A DNA stretch of 28,647 bases from a virus. Lineage: Duplodnaviria; Caudoviricetes. Position 1 is the first letter of the stretch; each line of letters starts with the position of its first letter. The notes under the pieces were generated by a model, which was given only the letters and a program-made list of their open reading frames with translations, was not told the DNA's origin and ran no database searches. The translations under genes and the position numbers were made by a program. Where the stretch lies: IMG/VR virus record IMGVR_UViG_3300015050_000677, positions 1-28,647 of that record. One strand, 5' to 3'. Below are positions 24,721 to 28,647 of this stretch, in pieces.

Positions 24721-25442
24721 TACAGGTAGCCTCCAGAGCCGAAGTCGCCGTAGGCACCCTCGTTGTAGATGTTCGGAGCCGCCGGAGTGCCGCCGCCGAA
24801 CAGATTACCGAAGCCTGGCGCACCGCGACCCGCCTGGAACGCTGCGAACTGCCCCGGAGCCTGCGCGAGTTGCACGAACGGAGCCGCGCCGCCGATGATG
24901 CCACCAGCCTGTGCGGCACCCGCTCGGCCCAGCAGCTCGGCAGTGTTCGCCCCGGTCTGCATGCCCGCCGTCCCCACGCCCGCCGCTGACTGCTGGCCGA
25001 GCGCGGTCATGCCGCCGAGCCGCGCATACTGCTGGTCAAGTGCGGCCTGCAGCATCGCGGGCCGGCACTGTGCAAGCGCGCCTTGAATGTTGCCGCCACG
25101 AAGCCCGCCGGTCGCCGATGCGCGCTGAAGCAGCGCCTGTTCGCCCTGCTGGGTAAGTTGCTGCAGCAGCGGACTGCCTGCGATCTGGTCGATCGCCGCC
25201 TGTTGCTGTTCCGGGCCGAGCAGGCCGAGTTGCGCCTGCTGCGCAGTCAGCGCCTGCGGGCCGACATCGACATATGGTTGCAGCAGCCGGCGGACCTCGT
25301 CGAACTGGCGTCCTTGCTCGTCAATGCCGGCCTGTGCGGATCGTTCCTGTGCGCCCGCTGCGCTTTTGGCCGCGCGGGATTGCATTGAGCCGCCGATAAT
25401 CGAGGCGCCAGCTCCGATTGCTGCAGATATTGGATCAGGCAT
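24720..25442 (-). CDS. DNA ejection protein (P22 gp7-like)
   Basis: AAIGAGASIIGG N-terminus, LQPYVDVG, QGEQALLQRASATGGLRGGN. Confidence 0.8.
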   Translation of the reverse strand: MPDPISAAIGAGASIIGGSMQSRAAKSAAGAQERSAQAGIDEQGRQFDEVRRLLQPYVDVGPQALTAQQAQLGLLGPEQQQAAIDQIAGSPLLQQLTQQGEQALLQRASATGGLRGGNIQGALAQCRPAMLQAALDQQYARLGGMTALGQQSAAGVGTAGMQTGANTAELLGRAGAAQAGGIIGGAAPFVQLAQAPGQFAAFQAGRGAPGFGNLFGGGTPAAPNIYNEGAYGDFGSGGYL

Positions 25443-25908
25443 GCTTGCCTCCGAACTCGCTCAAGTAGTCCTCGAACCGCTCGCCGTACAGCGACAGCAC
25501 CAGATGCGCGGTACGCTGCGCCGCTTCCGGGCCATGAACAAGCAGGACGGCCATCAGGACCACGTCGTAATACCCGGCACGCCAGACGAACGAGCGCGCA
25601 TCGGCGTTGCCAGCCCGCTCGACCGTGTCGCTGGCCTGCCACTTCAGGACCATCTGCGCGACGGCCGGCAGCAGCGCCCCGGCATGCGCGAGGAACCACG
25701 CATTACCCGGCATGCCGACCAGCGTGCGCCAGATGAGCGAGTCGAGCGCCGGCCGGCCAACGTGGAAACTATCGGCGTAGTCGTCCAGCGTCTGGATGCA
25801 GCCCCAGAGGTCGAGCAGCCACGCCACGGCATCGGCAGGCAGCGCGAGGCCCTGCGTGAGATGCTGCCGCATCTGCTCTGCCACGGTCGCGTCGTGCTCG
25901 GCTGTCAC
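25435..25908 (-). CDS. Hypothetical all-helical protein with DDxxD motif
   Basis: LWGCIQTLDDYAD; occupies the P22 gp14 position; true start may be ATG a few codons downstream. Confidence 0.7.
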   Translation of the reverse strand: MTAEHDATVAEQMRQHLTQGLALPADAVAWLLDLWGCIQTLDDYADSFHVGRPALDSLIWRTLVGMPGNAWFLAHAGALLPAVAQMVLKWQASDTVERAGNADARSFVWRAGYYDVVLMAVLLVHGPEAAQRTAHLVLSLYGERFEDYLSEFGGKHA

Positions 25909-25960
25909 CGTTCGCCTTTCGAGGAACGAGCCGCCGGACGCTCAGAATCTCGGCATGCGT

Positions 25961-25989
25961 AGCATATCACGAGACTTCCCGACCGGAAA
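25961..25989 (-). promoter_or_regulatory. Putative internal promoter for ejection genes
   Basis: TTTCCG-N17-TATGCT with extended -10 TG on the minus strand. Confidence 0.4.
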
Positions 25990-26302
25990 TGCGCAGGGTG
26001 AGCGCCGTCGCCGCGCTCGCGATCGTCGAGATGAAGGCGCTCGGCTCCAGCACATGCCCGACCAGCTCGGGGCAGGTATAGGTCTCGTCGGGCTGCACGG
26101 TCTTGGTGTCGATCACCAGGTTGGAATTGCTGGCCGATCCGCCGGACTGCACGAGGTTGACCGAGAACGTGCGCGCGACCGTGTCGGTATTGGTCACCGT
26201 TGCCTTGTCGATGATCGCTCGCACGGCGGTTGCGGTGTACTGCGTGGTCTGCGTCGCGGCCATCTGAACCGGCGCGACCAGCGTCTTCACGAGAATGGTC
26301 AT
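25967..26302 (-). CDS. Virion-associated hypothetical beta-rich protein
   Basis: 111 aa, TQYTA...IIDKATVTN...TYTCPELVGHVLEP; in tail operon. Confidence 0.7.
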   Translation of the reverse strand: MTILVKTLVAPVQMAATQTTQYTATAVRAIIDKATVTNTDTVARTFSVNLVQSGGSASNSNLVIDTKTVQPDETYTCPELVGHVLEPSAFISTIASAATALTLRISGREVS

Positions 26303-27081
26303 GATTGCCCCTGGATGTTGCTTGTGACGGTCAATATGACCGAAGGAATCGCCGGGACCGGCGCTGCGGCCGCGCTGGCAACGAGCTGCACGGCGACGTC
26401 ATCGACTTCCCACATGATCTCGATGTAATCGTTCGCTTTCAGGCTCGCAAGCCAGTTCCACGCAGCGACCAGCTCGGCGTTATTGCCCTTCATCCGCACT
26501 TGCCCTGCGCTCTGCGGCACGTCGGTGCCGCTGACCCGAAGCCAGATGTGCGCTAGATGGTCGCCGCCCGAGCTGTTGTCGAGCTGCGCGGAAAACTGGA
26601 TGTTGTAGACGCCCGCGCGGTCCACAATGATGCGCGAGGTCGGCGAGCCGCACGTCACGCCGAAGGAGAGGTCGGTCGTGTTAAACGTCATCGCATAGGC
26701 GGTATTGATCGCCGCCGCCGTCTGCGTCGTCGTGTCGTAGAACGAGCCGTATCGCGGCACGCTCAGTTCGCGCGGCGGCGGCGCCATCTGCAGTCCCTCG
26801 ACGTCGCCCCGCACCGCATCCAGAGCGGCCATCGCCTGCGCGGCCCTGTTCTCGGCACTCGCTGCTGCGGTCATGGCCTCCTGCGACAGCGCGGCGATCT
26901 CAGACAGCGCAAGCGATGCCTTCTGGTCGGCGTCTCCGGCCTGCGTGCCGAGTTGATCCACCGTGTCAGGCACCGAGTCGGCGACAGCGAACAGCCGCTC
27001 GAACTGGCGGATGGCCTCATGGTCCGGCAGGAACTCGGCGAGTTTGTCGCGCGTGAGGTTGAGCTTCGAACTGGTGGCCAT
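26299..27081 (-). CDS. Putative tail needle/knob-like protein
   Basis: N-terminal Ala-rich coiled coil and C-terminal beta domain (YGSFYDTTTQ...GVYNIQFSAQ); P22 gp26 position. Confidence 0.55.
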   Translation of the reverse strand: MATSSKLNLTRDKLAEFLPDHEAIRQFERLFAVADSVPDTVDQLGTQAGDADQKASLALSEIAALSQEAMTAAASAENRAAQAMAALDAVRGDVEGLQMAPPPRELSVPRYGSFYDTTTQTAAAINTAYAMTFNTTDLSFGVTCGSPTSRIIVDRAGVYNIQFSAQLDNSSGGDHLAHIWLRVSGTDVPQSAGQVRMKGNNAELVAAWNWLASLKANDYIEIMWEVDDVAVQLVASAAAAPVPAIPSVILTVTSNIQGQS

Positions 27082-27082
27082 G

Positions 27083-28492
27083 TCAGACCGCCAGAGCCTC
27101 TAGCCGCGCCTCAAGCCGAACCGGCGAAAAGTGCGAGGACGAGTCGCCACGGAACCGTTGCGCACGCCAGCGCCGCATGAAGCCCTGCCGCGCCCACATC
27201 AGCCGCTTCTGGCGGGCGCCGATCGTGCCGGCCGAAATGTACTGGTCCTGGCTCCATGTCAGCCCGTCGAGCGTGTACGAGGTGGACACGGTCGCATCAA
27301 TCCCCAGGCTCACCGATCCCGTCAGCGCGATCAACTCCAGCTCGTGCACGATCACGCCGCGCGCCTCGTTGTAGACGAGCATCGTACCGAACTCCCAGCG
27401 CACGCGCTCGCCCCAGTGACTTGAGACAGCATCTGTCAGCGCGCCGAATGCGCTCGACTGCGGATCTGCGACCATCCATCGGTCGTAGGCCCAGACCATG
27501 CTCTGCGCGCGGTACTGCTCGAATCCGTCCAGCGTAGAGACCAGCGTGAACCAGATCGGCTGCTTCAGCGCCTCGGATGCGGCTGCGTCGTAGACCATCG
27601 TCCGGTCGGGGAGGTGAACGTACAGAAGCTGATGGTTCTTGTCGTTGCGCGCCTCGAGCAGGACGTCGGAGAGTTGCGCCTCGGAGAAGGTCAGCAGAAT
27701 CTCGTCCACCTCCTGCGTGCTGATCTTCACCGCGCTCGCATTCGTGGCGATGTACAAGCCTGGCGCTTCGTTGACGCCACTGCCGAGCATGGCGATAGCC
27801 TCCAGAAAGTTGCACGCGGCATGCGTGCCGATCGCGCCCTTTTCGACCTGTGCACCGTCGATGCGAGCGAATGGGAACAGTTCGCCGCCCACGTTGTCGA
27901 AGACCTCGACCGTGTTCCGGTTGATCGCATAGACCTCGTTCCGGACCTTGAGCAGCGCAACCACCGGGTCAGGGTCGGCCTCGCTGCTGCCGTACTTCAG
28001 CGGGTTGACCGCGAGCGGGTTGCCCAGCTCGGTCACCACGAGGAACTCGCCGTCAGTGGTCATCCAGTAGCCGTCGACCCAGACGACATCCAGCACGGTG
28101 CCGAGATCAGGATCCGTGTTCTGCGTCAGCGTCAGTGCGGCCGGGTCCCAGAAGAACAGGTTACCCGCGCTGGCGATGCCGAGCAGCTCGAAGGAATAGT
28201 CGAGCGTGACTCGCTTGCCGTCACTCCCGACATCTCCGAGGATGGTGATTACGCCGCTGACATCGACGGTTACCAGCTTGCTGCCCATCACCCGATAGAG
28301 CGTGCCGCGCCAGTTGATCCCGCCGCGGTCAATGCCTGGACCCGTGCCGATGGCCTCGATGCCGTCCGCCGGGCGCAGGAACGAGTCCGAGATGCCGGAG
28401 GCAATCGGCACCGGCTGCATGTTGACCGGGTAGGACACGCGCAGCGCGGGCGATGTGTCGGCATAGACGCCGGAGAGGATGGGGATCTGCAT
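27083..28492 (-). CDS. Tail hub / packaged-DNA stabilisation protein (P22 gp10-like)
   Basis: 469 aa, PGIDRGGINW, WVDGYWMTTDG, YGSSEADPDP, LYVHLPDRT, SYTLDGLTWSQ. Confidence 0.88.
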   Translation of the reverse strand: MQIPILSGVYADTSPALRVSYPVNMQPVPIASGISDSFLRPADGIEAIGTGPGIDRGGINWRGTLYRVMGSKLVTVDVSGVITILGDVGSDGKRVTLDYSFELLGIASAGNLFFWDPAALTLTQNTDPDLGTVLDVVWVDGYWMTTDGEFLVVTELGNPLAVNPLKYGSSEADPDPVVALLKVRNEVYAINRNTVEVFDNVGGELFPFARIDGAQVEKGAIGTHAACNFLEAIAMLGSGVNEAPGLYIATNASAVKISTQEVDEILLTFSEAQLSDVLLEARNDKNHQLLYVHLPDRTMVYDAAASEALKQPIWFTLVSTLDGFEQYRAQSMVWAYDRWMVADPQSSAFGALTDAVSSHWGERVRWEFGTMLVYNEARGVIVHELELIALTGSVSLGIDATVSTSYTLDGLTWSQDQYISAGTIGARQKRLMWARQGFMRRWRAQRFRGDSSSHFSPVRLEARLEALAV

Positions 28493-28503
28493 GGGTTACC
28501 GCT

Positions 28504-28647
28504 TCACTTTGGCTGCCATTTCACGCGATCCGCCCAGTACGCCGCAGACATCTTACCCTTTGCGATGTTCTCGCCGTGCCGCGCCTTGAACGACTCGCGC
28601 CGCGCCTTGTCTGCCTTGCTCTCGCCCTCGCGCTTGGGCGAGCCGGA
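28504..28647 (-). CDS. Conserved small basic phage protein (3' part only)
   Basis: ...KARRESFKARHGENIAKGKMSAAYWADRVKWQPK*, open from the window edge. Confidence 0.7.
   Translation of the reverse strand, partial: SGSPKREGESKADKARRESFKARHGENIAKGKMSAAYWADRVKWQPK

Noticed and set aside
22996-24729. 577-aa plus-strand ORF opposite the gp20-like gene
   Set aside because: Antisense shadow with biased composition and no supporting signals
1-28647. tRNA, rRNA, IS elements, att sites
   Set aside because: No cloverleaf with T-loop/CCA, transposase, terminal inverted repeats or host-phage junction was recognised

Overview
A 28.6-kb GC-rich segment of a P22-like (podovirus-type) tailed phage, probably infecting a betaproteobacterium (inferred from the SSB sequence style). 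Two convergent/divergent arms are visible. Minus strand, left: cro-like regulator, replication module with iterons, resolvase-like nuclease, terS, terL, portal. Plus strand: recombination genes (RecE-like exonuclease, Sak4-like ATPase, ssb, HNH), a C5 DNA methyltransferase and a long array of translationally coupled mini-genes. Minus strand, right: tail hub, ejection proteins, tailspike/fibre and lysis genes. No CI repressor, integrase, tRNA, CRISPR array or reverse transcriptase is visible. The most notable signals are a second methyltransferase-like polypeptide nested in the +1 frame of the multi-TRD C5 MTase, a perfect FNR/CRP-type palindrome at class-II promoter spacing, a stop-truncated replication initiator with its origin repeats intact, a candidate structured RNA before ssb, a mini-gene array built from shared DNA linkers, and a DDxxD helical protein next to the ejection genes. 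All family assignments are from motif recognition; no searches were run.
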